Below are positions 1-9,831 of a DNA stretch of 64,000 nt, one piece after another. The translations under genes and the position numbers were made by a program. The notes under the pieces are model-generated. The model made no database searches. It was not told the origin of the DNA and saw nothing but the letters and a program-made list of their open reading frames with translations. The stretch is from an uncultured Veillonella sp. (GTDB lineage Bacteria > Bacillota > Negativicutes > Veillonellales > Veillonellaceae). The DNA is taken from the NCBI RefSeq assembly GCF_934230905.1, contig NZ_CAKQFJ010000006.1, forward strand, positions 8,813 to 72,812. The letters run 5' to 3'. How positions within the stretch are numbered: the stretch's first letter is position 1; each line of letters begins with the position of its first letter.

Positions 1-170
1 AGATTCAACTGTAGGACCTCGCATCTATGCAGAAGAGGATGAATTTTATATCCCAGTGCCTATGTTTTTGGTGAAAGCTATTAAATAGAATTCGTATTAC
101 GCTAGACAACACAAAACCCACTCTATGAAATATATCATGAGTGGGTTTTCATTATATGAGGTATATAATC

Positions 171-1469
171 TTAGTTTTTAAAATACTCTTGAGCCTTACC
201 GATTTCGTTACGCAGTTTTTCTTCATCAATAGTCAATAGTTCTTTATTTTTCATAAGAACCTTACCGGCTACAATAACTGTATTCGCATCAGAGCTATTA
301 GCTGAATATACAAGTGCAGCTACATCGTTGTAACGAGGCATCCAATGCATACCTGATACATCATATAATACGATATCTGCACGTTGACCAACAGCAATCT
401 TGCCGAGATCATTATAGCCAAGAGCTTTGGCCCCTTCTACAGTCCCCATGTTCCAAGCCGCTTGTGCAGGAATAGACTTAGGATCATATAGACGAGCCTT
501 ATGTAATGTTGCTGCTAGACGTACCTCTTCAAGCATATCCGCATTATTGTTAGATGCCGAACCATCTGTACCAAGACCTACAGTAATGCCTTTTTCTATC
601 ATTTCAGGAATAGGCGCAATACCACTAGCTAATTTCAAATTAGATTGTGGATTATGAGCTACGGCTACATTATTTTCAGCCATAATAGCCATATCTTCTT
701 CTGTTACATGTACGCAGTGAGCTGCCAATGTAGTATTCCAGAATAAACCTAAGTCATGCATATGAGCAATTGGTGTCTTACTAGTCGCTTTCATAACATT
801 CTCTACTTCCCCTTTAGTTTCGGATAAGTGCATATGAATCCCACAATTAAGCTCATGAGATAAAGCAATGACCTTTTCCATGTACGCATCTGGACAAGTA
901 TATGGCGCATGAGGTCCTAATAGAACCTTGATGCGATCGTTATCATAACCATGATAGGTACGGAACAAATCTGCATTTTCCACAAGTGCTTGATCAGCTG
1001 TAGGAGAAACACCTGCAAGACCACGGGACAATACAGCACGAATACCGGTTTCTTTCACTACATCAGCTGTTGTATTCATAAAGAAATACATGTCACTAAA
1101 AGTGGTTGTACCAGAACGTAGCATTTCTGCAATGCCTAGTTGTGTGCCCCATTTAACCAAATCATCATTTAACTTAGCTTCTGTTGGCCAAATGGCAGTT
1201 TCAAGCCAATCCATAAGCTCTAAATCATCCGCATAATTACGGAATAAACCCATTGCAATATGCGTATGTGTATTAACAAGTCCTGGTGCAGCCAACTGCC
1301 CTTTTCCATCTAATGTTTCTTTTGATTCTACAGATTTTGCTTCTTCTGCAGTTAATATAGCAGTAATATAACCATTTTCAATTTCAACGGCATGATTTTT
1401 TAATGTTCCGTTGTCGGTAAGAACATCTACATTGGTAATTAATAAATCTGACATAATGCCTCCTTGCAT
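171..1469 (-). CDS. mtaD: 5-methylthioadenosine/S-adenosylhomocysteine deaminase (amidohydrolase superfamily)
   Basis: 432-aa amidohydrolase fold with an HxH metal motif (GLVNTHTHIAM) and a C-terminal HxxxD/DxGS pattern typical of MtaD/TrzA/SsnA-like deaminases. It sits next to ahcY, mtnA and mtnP. The likely start is the internal Met at about 1454, which has an AGGAGG 4 nt upstream. Confidence 0.7.
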   Translation of the reverse strand: MQGGIMSDLLITNVDVLTDNGTLKNHAVEIENGYITAILTAEEAKSVESKETLDGKGQLAAPGLVNTHTHIAMGLFRNYADDLELMDWLETAIWPTEAKLNDDLVKWGTQLGIAEMLRSGTTTFSDMYFFMNTTADVVKETGIRAVLSRGLAGVSPTADQALVENADLFRTYHGYDNDRIKVLLGPHAPYTCPDAYMEKVIALSHELNCGIHMHLSETKGEVENVMKATSKTPIAHMHDLGLFWNTTLAAHCVHVTEEDMAIMAENNVAVAHNPQSNLKLASGIAPIPEMIEKGITVGLGTDGSASNNNADMLEEVRLAATLHKARLYDPKSIPAQAAWNMGTVEGAKALGYNDLGKIAVGQRADIVLYDVSGMHWMPRYNDVAALVYSANSSDANTVIVAGKVLMKNKELLTIDEEKLRNEIGKAQEYFKN

Positions 1470-1526
1470 AGGTAAAACCGAGTCAAAATAGACTCGGTTA
1501 AATTCACGTTCAAGCTAACGATTATA

Positions 1527-2771
1527 TTAGTTTACCTTTGTTAAATAATCAATTTGATCTTGTGTTAATGCATCTAAATCATATCCCATGGAGTGTAACT
1601 TAATTTTTGCCACTTCTTCATCAAGTTCATGAGGCAATACATATACTTTAGGCTCCATGTTTTTACCATTATGTAATACATGTTCTGCAGCCAATGCTTG
1701 CATAGCAAAAGATAAGTCCATAATTTCAGCTGGATGACCATCACCTGCTGCTAAGTTTACAAGACGACCTTCTGCCAATACATAAATTTTACGACCATCA
1801 GACATTGTATAGCCTTCGATATTTTGACGAACACGTTCATGACTTACGGCTACTTTTTCTAAATCATGTACATTTACTTCACAGTCAAAATGGCCAGCAT
1901 TACAAAGAACGGCTTTGTCCTTCATTACTTCATAATGTTCTTTTACAATAACATCTTTACAACCTGTTACAGTACAGAAAATGTCGCCGATTTTAGCAGC
2001 TTCTATCATAGGCAATACAGTAAAGCCATCGAAAACTGCTTCAATAGCTTTAATAGGATCAACTTCTGTAACAAATACGTGAGCGCCTAAACCTTTCGCA
2101 CGCATAGCAACGCCTTTACCACACCAGCCATAACCAGCAACAACAACATTTTTACCTGCTACTGTAAGGTTTGTAGTACGCATAATACCATCCCATACAG
2201 ATTGGCCTGTACCATAGCGATTATCGAATAAGTATTTGCAGTTAGAATCATTTACAGCAATCATAGGGAATGTCAATTGTTTAGCATGTTCCAATGCATA
2301 TAATCGATGAACACCAGTTGTCGTTTCTTCACTACCACCTAACAAACGTTCTTTTGCATCAGTACGTGTAGTATGTAATAGGTTAACAAGGTCCCCACCA
2401 TCATCAATGATAATATGAGGTTTATGATCCAACGCTTTGTTAAGGAACATAAAATATTCTTCATCAGTACAATTATACCAAGCATATACAGTAAGGCCCA
2501 TATCTACAAGACCAGCCGCTACATCATCTTGTGTAGAAAGAGGGTTTGAGCCTGTAACAATAACATCAGCGCCACCGCGTTTTAAAACAGTTGCAAGGTA
2601 TGCAGTTTTAGCTTCCAAGTGAACAGAAACAACAATCGTTTGACCTTTGAAAGTTTGTTCTTTTTCAAAACGATCGCCTAATGTATTTAGTGTAGGCATA
2701 AAATTAGAAACCCAGTCGATTTTTTTACGGCCTTCAGCTGCGAGATTAATATCTTTAATTAATGATTGCAT
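1527..2771 (-). CDS. ahcY: adenosylhomocysteinase (S-adenosyl-L-homocysteine hydrolase)
   Basis: 414-aa protein with the NAD-binding GxGxxG motif ([12 protein letters not shown]) and overall archaeal/bacterial short-form SAHH architecture ([13 protein letters not shown]...). A hairpin plus T-run follows at about 1478–1505. Confidence 0.9.
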   Translation of the reverse strand: MQSLIKDINLAAEGRKKIDWVSNFMPTLNTLGDRFEKEQTFKGQTIVVSVHLEAKTAYLATVLKRGGADVIVTGSNPLSTQDDVAAGLVDMGLTVYAWYNCTDEEYFMFLNKALDHKPHIIIDDGGDLVNLLHTTRTDAKERLLGGSEETTTGVHRLYALEHAKQLTFPMIAVNDSNCKYLFDNRYGTGQSVWDGIMRTTNLTVAGKNVVVAGYGWCGKGVAMRAKGLGAHVFVTEVDPIKAIEAVFDGFTVLPMIEAAKIGDIFCTVTGCKDVIVKEHYEVMKDKAVLCNAGHFDCEVNVHDLEKVAVSHERVRQNIEGYTMSDGRKIYVLAEGRLVNLAAGDGHPAEIMDLSFAMQALAAEHVLHNGKNMEPKVYVLPHELDEEVAKIKLHSMGYDLDALTQDQIDYLTKVN

Positions 2772-2868
2772 ATATACTCCTTCATTCTTTAGTTAATAAA
2801 TTATATACATGTTGTTGAAAAAACTTACTTTTAATAATTATACTATATATTTAAACCCATCATGAAAA

Positions 2869-3942
2869 CTATTTCGTTCTCACAATCGATTGTAAACGAG
2901 TAATGGACTCTTGATAATCAGGTGTTAATACACCTTCCTCAGTAATAATGGCAGTAACCAAATCATGAGGAGTTACATCAAAAGCAGGATTTAATACATG
3001 AATACCTGTAGGCGCAGATGGCACCCCTTGAAAGTTTAACACTTCATCATCAGCACGCATTTCAATAGGAATATCCTTACCATCTTTGAGTGTAAAATCA
3101 AATGTACTATATGGAGCTGCCACATAAAATGGAATATTATGGAATTTTGCAAGTACTGCTAATCCGTAGGTACCAATTTTATTGGCTACATCACCTTCCG
3201 TTGTAATCCGATCGGCACCGACGATAATAGCGTCGATTAGTCCTTGTTGCATTGCATAGGCCGCCATATTGTCTGTCTCTAATGTAACAGGAATGCCATC
3301 TTCATGGAGTTCAAAAGCCGTTAAACGGGCTCCTTGCAATAATGGACGTGTTTCATCGGCGTACACCATTTTCAATTGGCCCTGTTCATGTAGTTTACGA
3401 ATCACACCAAGTGCAGTACCTAAACCACCTGTCGCTAAAGCACCAGCATTACAATGCGTTAAGATTCGTAAATTCTGTTTTTCTTTAAATAAGGTGGCCC
3501 CATTAATAGCCATATGTGTGTTGAGTTTTACATCCTCTTCATGGATAACAATAGCCTCTTTTATGATGCGGTCTATAATTTCATGCATAGACGCAAAGGG
3601 ACCGGCTTTTACAATCGCTATAACACGATTAACCGCCCACGCTAAATTAATCGCTGTCGGTCGAGTTTCCTTTAATTCTTCACTCCACTCATAAAAAGTT
3701 GATAGTTGTTCAGAAAAAGGAACCTCTAAACGATTCGCCTCCACAGCTGCTAAAATAAGACCATAACCAGCAGCGACGCCGATAGCAGGAGCTCCACGGA
3801 CACGAAGCATCTTTATTGCCTCTGCCACTTGTCGCCAGTCGGTACAATGTATATATTCCACATGAGTTGGCAATTTTGTTTGATCTAATAAAATGAGCGT
3901 ACCATCACGCCATTCAATATTTTTCATGAGACCTCCCTCCAC
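2869..3942 (-). CDS. mtnA: S-methyl-5-thioribose-1-phosphate isomerase (eIF-2B alpha/beta/delta-like)
   Basis: 357-aa MtnA/e2B2 family signature (GAPAIGVAAGYGL; TRPTAINL; NAGALATGGLGTALGVIR). The start is probably the internal Met at about 3927 (MKNIEWRDG...). Confidence 0.8.
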   Translation of the reverse strand: MEGGLMKNIEWRDGTLILLDQTKLPTHVEYIHCTDWRQVAEAIKMLRVRGAPAIGVAAGYGLILAAVEANRLEVPFSEQLSTFYEWSEELKETRPTAINLAWAVNRVIAIVKAGPFASMHEIIDRIIKEAIVIHEEDVKLNTHMAINGATLFKEKQNLRILTHCNAGALATGGLGTALGVIRKLHEQGQLKMVYADETRPLLQGARLTAFELHEDGIPVTLETDNMAAYAMQQGLIDAIIVGADRITTEGDVANKIGTYGLAVLAKFHNIPFYVAAPYSTFDFTLKDGKDIPIEMRADDEVLNFQGVPSAPTGIHVLNPAFDVTPHDLVTAIITEEGVLTPDYQESITRLQSIVRTK

Positions 3943-3970
3943 ATTGTCATATCAAAATGGATACAATCTC

Positions 3971-4765
3971 TTATAATTTAAATCCGCCATATTCGGCCAT
4001 ACGATGATGAGCTGCATAGTCTGCATTTATATCAATAACCTCAATCGTTCCTAAAATAAGGGCTTTCAATTGAGATGCCATTTCCCCCATCATTTCAACT
4101 ACTTCACTGTGAGTTAGAGCATTTTCAGAAATACCAGCTGCGTAGTTCGTAATCATAGAAATTGTAGTATACGCCATTTCCGCTTCGTTTGCTAAATTAA
4201 CCTCTGGTACATTCGTCATGCCTACGGTATCGCCACCAAGCATGTGGAACATCTTAATCTCCGCAGGTGTTTCAAAACGTGGCCCTTCTGTACATACATA
4301 AGTTCCACCATTATGAATAGATAGATTTTGATCTTTACCTACGGTTTCAATAATTTGACGAAGTTCAGGGCAATATGGATTGGTTACATCCAAATGTGCT
4401 ACTGGACGATCGCCACCTTCATAAAATGTGGTAACACGATTTTTTGTAAAATCAAGAAATTGATCTGTTAATACAAAATGGCCAGGTTCAAAATTTTTAT
4501 TTAATGACCCTACAGCTGTTGTGGAAATAATAAATTTAACGCCTAGCTTTTTTAACCCCCAAATATTAGCGCGATAATTAATTTTATGTGGAGGAATCGT
4601 ATGGTCTTTACCATGACGGGCCACAAAAATTACAATTTTTCCTTTATATGTACCTTGTACATAATCAATTTCACCATAAGGAGTCATCAAAGATTCTTCA
4701 TGAATATTTTCAAATATAGACGGATCATAAACACCTGTTCCGCCAATAACACCGATTGCACTCAT
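3971..4765 (-). CDS. mtnP: 5'-methylthioadenosine phosphorylase / purine nucleoside phosphorylase (PNP-I family)
   Basis: 264-aa protein. N-terminal 'IGVIGGTGVYD', 'FVARHGKDHTIPPHKINYRANIWGLKKLGV' and 'TNVPEV' motifs are characteristic of MTAP. Confidence 0.75.
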   Translation of the reverse strand: MSAIGVIGGTGVYDPSIFENIHEESLMTPYGEIDYVQGTYKGKIVIFVARHGKDHTIPPHKINYRANIWGLKKLGVKFIISTTAVGSLNKNFEPGHFVLTDQFLDFTKNRVTTFYEGGDRPVAHLDVTNPYCPELRQIIETVGKDQNLSIHNGGTYVCTEGPRFETPAEIKMFHMLGGDTVGMTNVPEVNLANEAEMAYTTISMITNYAAGISENALTHSEVVEMMGEMASQLKALILGTIEVIDINADYAAHHRMAEYGGFKL

Positions 4766-4913
4766 AGTTGCCTCCTATTAAAAATACTCTATTAATCTAT
4801 TTTCGCACATAATAATAAAACAGGCTATAGAAAAATACTATAACCTGTATATTTTATGAATAATTTACTAATTATAGTCAGTTCAATACTAATCATTTAT
4901 ACGACTATACCAA

Positions 4914-5792
4914 TTATTGAATAGGTCCTTTAGGTGTAAACATATCTTCCAATTCTTTTCGAGGGAAATGATACTTTTCATTACAATAATGACAGACTAA
5001 CTCTGTAATTTCATCTTCTAACAATGAATTTTTATCATTTTCTCTCAAAGTCATAAGAACACTCGCAAAACGATCACGACTACAACGACACTTAAAAGAT
5101 ACTGGCTGATTATAAACTTCATTAACAGTGAGACCATCTAGTACTTTTTCTACAAGGCCTTGACCATCTGGATGCTCTTTTAAATATTCTGTTACAGGTC
5201 CTAATTCATTGATATTTTTTTCTACCATTGCTAATGCGGCATCAGTAGCATCTGGTAACGCTTGTACAATAAAACCACCAGCTACAATCGTGTGATAATC
5301 TGGATCTACTAAAACTCCCAAACTGATAGTGGATGGGACCTGTTCAGATGTATATAAATAATATGCTAAATCCTCTGCAATTTCACCACTTTGAATAGGA
5401 CTCGTAGAAGTATAATCCTGAGCTAGTTTCGTAAATCTTGTAACTTGTACCTCTCCATGATGACCAACAGCAGCACCTACATCTAACTTTCCAGCATGTT
5501 TTAATGGTACATCTACATGTGGTTCATCCACATATCCACGAACTGTATTATCAGAAAATGCATCTACATGTACAACCCCTAACGGACCATCACCTTTAAT
5601 TCTAAGACTAACATTTTCATGATTTTTAAAATCACCTGCCAGTAAGATGGCTCCCGTCATAGTACGTCCTAAAGCAGCCGTTGCTACAGGCCACAAATCG
5701 TGACGTACACGAGCAGTTTCTACCGTATCCGTAGTAACTGCTAATGACATACGTACCCCTTCACGGGTAGTAAAACGTTTAATATAATCCAT
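4914..5792 (-). CDS. hslO: 33-kDa redox-regulated chaperonin Hsp33
   Basis: Hsp33 fold with a C-terminal CxC…CxxC zinc centre (FKCRCSRD…VCHYCNEKY). The ORF-track start at 5909 overlaps ribH. The true start is probably MDYIKRF at about 5792, with an AAGGA upstream. Confidence 0.85.
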   Translation of the reverse strand: MDYIKRFTTREGVRMSLAVTTDTVETARVRHDLWPVATAALGRTMTGAILLAGDFKNHENVSLRIKGDGPLGVVHVDAFSDNTVRGYVDEPHVDVPLKHAGKLDVGAAVGHHGEVQVTRFTKLAQDYTSTSPIQSGEIAEDLAYYLYTSEQVPSTISLGVLVDPDYHTIVAGGFIVQALPDATDAALAMVEKNINELGPVTEYLKEHPDGQGLVEKVLDGLTVNEVYNQPVSFKCRCSRDRFASVLMTLRENDKNSLLEDEITELVCHYCNEKYHFPRKELEDMFTPKGPIQ

Positions 5793-5808
5793 TCTATTTT
5801 TCCTTATA

Positions 5809-6270
5809 CTAGATTTGATTGATAAGATTAACCATTTCGATAGCACCCATAGCGCAATCGTAACCTTTATTACCCGCTTTTGTACCAGCACGTTCAATAG
5901 CTTGTTCAATATTTTCAGTTGTTACGACACCGAACATAACAGGGATACCTGTTTCTAAAGAAACGTGAGCAATACCTTTTGCAACTTCATTACAAACATA
6001 GTCATAATGTGTAGTGGCTCCACGAATAACGGCACCTACACAAATAATAGCATCATAACGACCAGATACAGCTGCTTTTTTTGCAATCAACGGAATTTCA
6101 TAAGCACCAGGAACCCAAATGACTGTAATATCTTCTTGTTTAACATCATGACGCAATAAACAGTCTTCAGCACCACCAATTAATTTAGATGTAATAAACT
6201 CATTAAAACGAGAACCGATAATAGCAAATTTCTTACCAGTACCAACCAAATTACCTTCTTGAACCATCAT
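5809..6270 (-). CDS. ribH: 6,7-dimethyl-8-ribityllumazine synthase
   Basis: 153-aa lumazine synthase ([21 protein letters not shown]…[23 protein letters not shown]). It is the last gene of the rib operon. Confidence 0.9.
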   Translation of the reverse strand: MMVQEGNLVGTGKKFAIIGSRFNEFITSKLIGGAEDCLLRHDVKQEDITVIWVPGAYEIPLIAKKAAVSGRYDAIICVGAVIRGATTHYDYVCNEVAKGIAHVSLETGIPVMFGVVTTENIEQAIERAGTKAGNKGYDCAMGAIEMVNLINQI

Positions 6271-6321
6271 GTTATAGCCTCCTATAAATTTAGCTTAAAT
6301 GTCTATATAACGAAAGAAATA

Positions 6322-7524
6322 TTAGTCTTCTAACATATGTCCCATTTTTTCTTCTTTTGTTTTTAAATAGCCTGCATTAAATTTGTTTGCAGGAATAATG
6401 AGAGGTACACGTTTGTGTACATCGATTCCCCAATGTTCTAATCCATGGCGTTTTTCAGGGTTATTCGTCAATAAACGGATACTCTTAATACCTAGGAATC
6501 GAATAATTTGAGCCGCTAAGGAATATTCACGCATATCTGCAGGAAAACCTAATTGTTCATTCGCTTCTACCGTATCAAAGCCTTGTTCTTGTAATGCATA
6601 AGCCTTAATTTTATTTGTTAAGCCAATACCACGGCCTTCTTGACGCATATACACGACAACGCCTTTTCCTTCTTTTTCGATAGAGCGTAATGCATTTTCT
6701 AATTGTTCACCACAGTCGCAGCGTTTAGAACCAAACACATCACCTGTTAAACATTCAGAGTGAATACGTACTAGCACATCTTCACAATCTTGTACATCGC
6801 CCTTAACGATTGCAAGATGTTCTTTATGATCCAAATCATTTTTAAATACAAAAATATTAAAATCACCAAATTTTGTTGGCAATTGGGAGCAAGCGCCCAA
6901 TTCAATCATATCTTCATGTTGTTTACGATATTCAATGAGTTCTGCTACGGATGCAATTTTTAAATCATGTTCCTTAGCAAATTCTATTAAATCTGGCAAA
7001 CGTGCCATATCTCCATCATCTTTAGTGATTTCACAGATAACAGCAGCCTCTTGTAAACCAGCAAGACGGCAAAGATCTACAGATGCTTCTGTATGACCTT
7101 GGCGTACGAGAACACCACCTTCTTTATATACCAATGGAAATACGTGGCCAGGTCGACGGAAATCAGCAGGTTTTGCATTTGGATCTAATAATTTTTGAAT
7201 CGTATATGCCCGTTCTGCTGGTGATACACCCGTTGTCGTATCTACATGATCTACGGTAACAGTAAAGGCTGTTTCATGATTATCCGTATTTTTCGTAACC
7301 ATAGCCGAAATACCGAGACGTTCTAACGCTTCTCGTCTCATTGGTGTACATACGATGCCACGTGCATATTTAACAAAGAAGTTTATGTTTTCTTGAGTAG
7401 CAAACTCGGCAGCGATGATTAAATCTCCTTCATTTTCCCTACTTTCATCATCAACGATAATAACAGGTTTACCAACTTTCATATCTTGAAGAACTTCTTC
7501 AATTGTATTCAATGTATAATTCAT
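6322..7524 (-). CDS. ribBA: bifunctional 3,4-dihydroxy-2-butanone-4-phosphate synthase / GTP cyclohydrolase II
   Basis: 400 aa. N-terminal DHBP synthase (RENEGDLI) and C-terminal GTP cyclohydrolase II with CxCGxxL… (CDCGEQL) and RQEGRGIGL motifs. Confidence 0.9.
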   Translation of the reverse strand: MNYTLNTIEEVLQDMKVGKPVIIVDDESRENEGDLIIAAEFATQENINFFVKYARGIVCTPMRREALERLGISAMVTKNTDNHETAFTVTVDHVDTTTGVSPAERAYTIQKLLDPNAKPADFRRPGHVFPLVYKEGGVLVRQGHTEASVDLCRLAGLQEAAVICEITKDDGDMARLPDLIEFAKEHDLKIASVAELIEYRKQHEDMIELGACSQLPTKFGDFNIFVFKNDLDHKEHLAIVKGDVQDCEDVLVRIHSECLTGDVFGSKRCDCGEQLENALRSIEKEGKGVVVYMRQEGRGIGLTNKIKAYALQEQGFDTVEANEQLGFPADMREYSLAAQIIRFLGIKSIRLLTNNPEKRHGLEHWGIDVHKRVPLIIPANKFNAGYLKTKEEKMGHMLED

Positions 7525-7541
7525 GGAGACAACTCCTCCTT

Positions 7542-8198
7542 TTACATAAATCCATTCTCTACTAATAAAGATTCTATGGATTTTTGTGACTTACTTGTAT
7601 GTATAGGCTCATCTAATGTCATAAAATGACGAATATAACGGCCTGTAATATCTGTTTCTAAATTTACCTCTGTACCAATTGACGCATGTCCTAGTACAGT
7701 TTCGCTTAATGTATGGGGAATAATAGATACAGAAAAGGTTGATTCTGTTCTCTCCATAATCGTTAAGCTAATGCCATCGATTGTAATGGATCCTTTATAA
7801 ATAACGTAATCCATAATCGATTTTGGTGCTGAAATTGTAAAAATAACAGCGTTATCTGTGCGTTTCATATTAACAATACGACCTGTACCATCCACATGAC
7901 CAGCCACAATATGACCACCAAATCTTCCATTAGCCGCCATCGCTCGTTCAAGATTTACGGGTTGGTTTACCTTTAAATTGGTAAACGTCGTCATACTAAT
8001 CGACTCAGGCATTACATCTGCTGTAAACTGATGATTACTAATTGATGTAGCAGTTAAACATACGCCATTAACCGCTACAGAATCGCCGATTTTTAAATCA
8101 TCAAAAATTATCTTGCCACCAATCGTCAATAATAAGGATTGGGCACCTTTTTTAACGCTTACTATTTTACCAACCTCTTCAACGATGCCTGTAAACAT
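7542..8198 (-). CDS. ribE: riboflavin synthase alpha subunit
   Basis: 218 aa with MFTGIVEEVG and two lumazine-binding repeats (GDSVAVNGVCLT / GSITIDGISLT). Confidence 0.9.
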   Translation of the reverse strand: MFTGIVEEVGKIVSVKKGAQSLLLTIGGKIIFDDLKIGDSVAVNGVCLTATSISNHQFTADVMPESISMTTFTNLKVNQPVNLERAMAANGRFGGHIVAGHVDGTGRIVNMKRTDNAVIFTISAPKSIMDYVIYKGSITIDGISLTIMERTESTFSVSIIPHTLSETVLGHASIGTEVNLETDITGRYIRHFMTLDEPIHTSKSQKSIESLLVENGFM

Positions 8199-9396
8199 AG
8201 GAGCCCTCCCTTCCTAAACGATAGGATTCTATACGAATATTATTATCTAGTACTCGAGAACTAGCAAATTCAAGTGTAGGTGCATCATGTAATGTAGGAA
8301 AACCAGTGCCACCAACTGCTGAGGTGCTATTCGTTCCGCCAATGACAAGATTGCCTATATAGGTAACAATTTTATCAAAGGCCAACAATTCGACAAAAGA
8401 ACTGATAATGGTGGAACCACCTTCAACAAGCACTGATGTGTATCCTTGTTTCCCAAGATGTTCCAAACACGCTTGAATATCTATCTTCTTAATATCGATA
8501 GCTACATCAGTGGTACGTCCTTGACGCGCAGATTTTGTTGGGAGTTCCTCTACAATCGCTCCAGCATTAGTTAAATCAATCCTACGCTGTTTTGAACACC
8601 CCTTCGCTACATAAACGATAACCTTTCGATTGGGTATCGTAAATACCTTTGCATCCGTTGGCGTACGCCCTTGACTATCCAAAATAATAATATCTGGCTG
8701 ATGCACCTCTAATGTATTATCTAAGGGCTCATCATACATGTCGATAATCGATTTATATAATTCATCTTTAGTTAGTCTACAATTTAGCAATGGATCATCA
8801 GATAATATAGTGCCAATACCAACAAGCATTGCATCATGAGATGCGCGTAGCACATGACCATCCTTACGGGAACTTTCATTCGTTATCCATTGAGACTCAC
8901 CTGTGAATGTAGCTATTTTACCATCAAGAGACATCGCACTTTTAAGAGTAACAAATGGTTTATGAGTTTGAATAAACGTAAAAAAATGTTCATTCATCTT
9001 AATACATTCATCCGCACATATACCTGTAGTTACAGAAATACCAGCCGCTTCAAGTATTTGAATTCCCTTACCAGCTACTAAAGGATTAGGATCAGTACTA
9101 CCAATCACGACACGAGTAATACCTGATTCTACAACACGTTTTGCACAAGGCGGTGTCTTTCCATAGTGCGCACAGGGCTCAAGAGTTACATATAAGGTAG
9201 CCCCTTTAGCTTGTTCACCGGCTACATCTAGGGCATGTACTTCGGCATGGGCTTCGCCGGCCTTATGATGATATCCTTCACCAACTATTGTATTATCTTT
9301 TACTACGACGGCACCAACCAAAGGATTTGGCGATGTATGTCCTGTTGCCATTTTTGCAAGACGAATGGCACGTTTCATATATAATTCGTCGTTCAT
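8179..9396 (-). CDS. ribD: bifunctional diaminohydroxyphosphoribosylaminopyrimidine deaminase / 5-amino-6-(5-phosphoribosylamino)uracil reductase
   Basis: CMP/dCMP-type deaminase zinc motifs (HAEVHAL…PCAHYGKTPPC) plus a C-terminal reductase domain. The ORF track shows a double Met; the second ATG (about 9396) has a GAGG RBS at better spacing. Confidence 0.9.
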   Translation of the reverse strand: MNDELYMKRAIRLAKMATGHTSPNPLVGAVVVKDNTIVGEGYHHKAGEAHAEVHALDVAGEQAKGATLYVTLEPCAHYGKTPPCAKRVVESGITRVVIGSTDPNPLVAGKGIQILEAAGISVTTGICADECIKMNEHFFTFIQTHKPFVTLKSAMSLDGKIATFTGESQWITNESSRKDGHVLRASHDAMLVGIGTILSDDPLLNCRLTKDELYKSIIDMYDEPLDNTLEVHQPDIIILDSQGRTPTDAKVFTIPNRKVIVYVAKGCSKQRRIDLTNAGAIVEELPTKSARQGRTTDVAIDIKKIDIQACLEHLGKQGYTSVLVEGGSTIISSFVELLAFDKIVTYIGNLVIGGTNSTSAVGGTGFPTLHDAPTLEFASSRVLDNNIRIESYRLGREGSYVYRHR

Positions 9397-9407
9397 CATA
9401 ATACCTC

Positions 9408-9585
9408 AATAAAAAAAGGACTATACACATAGTCCTTGGAGCATCAAACATACACATGAAATCATGTAGTATCGTCTTTTCTCATCCAGACTTTACTGTC
9501 GGTATCGGAATTACACCGATTCATGCCAAAAGGCTCGCGGACTATAACCGCCGGTAAGGAATTTCACCTATCCCCAAAGACTTAT
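9408..9585 (-). ncRNA. FMN riboswitch (RFN element) with intrinsic terminator, in the leader of ribDE(BA)H
   Basis: Read on the minus strand the region gives GGGGATAGGTGAAATTCC…ACCGGCGGT…AGTCCGCGAGCC…AATTCCGATACCGACAGTAAAGTCTGGATGAGAAAAGA, matching the conserved RFN aptamer cores. A hairpin (AGGACTATGTGTATAGTCCT) plus a T7 run follows, just upstream of the ribD RBS. Confidence 0.85.
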
Positions 9586-9729
9586 CATATTAATTTATGT
9601 ACTAATAGTATCACTTTTATAATATTTTCGCAAGATTATACAGTAATTAATGAGAAGAATTATTAAAACTTATGATAATAAATTAAATTGTTTGATATAA
9701 TATTATTTTAAGTGATTCATATATAAATT

Positions 9730-9745
9730 TGTGATATTTATCACA
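9730..9745. promoter_or_regulatory. perfect TGTGA-N6-TCACA palindrome (CRP/FNR-family or Rex-like operator candidate), about 87 nt upstream of poxB
   Basis: Sequence TGTGATATTTATCACA lies inside the 235-nt very AT-rich poxB leader. It matches the generic CRP/FNR half-site arrangement. No cognate regulator is present in the window. Confidence 0.3.
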
Positions 9746-9831
9746 TAATAAGAAATTATGAAGTACTAGAATTTATTTGTAAGTTAAAAATAAATATTAA
9801 TTAATTTTCATTATTACTAAGGAGTGATAGT

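Noticed and set aside
427-657. Numerous 60–180-aa ORFs on the strand opposite long conserved genes (for example 427–657, 1866–2090, 3269–3694, 12449–13209, 22223–22884, 36414–37048, 45220–45693, 59910–60458)
   Set aside because: All are fully embedded antisense or out of frame within well-supported housekeeping CDSs, with no RBS or start context. They are typical spurious ORFs.
5793-5909. N-terminal 39-aa extension of the hslO ORF overlapping ribH
   Set aside because: The extension is hydrophobic, has no RBS, and overlaps the ribH 3' end. The internal Met at about 5792 has an AAGGA RBS and gives a canonical-length Hsp33.
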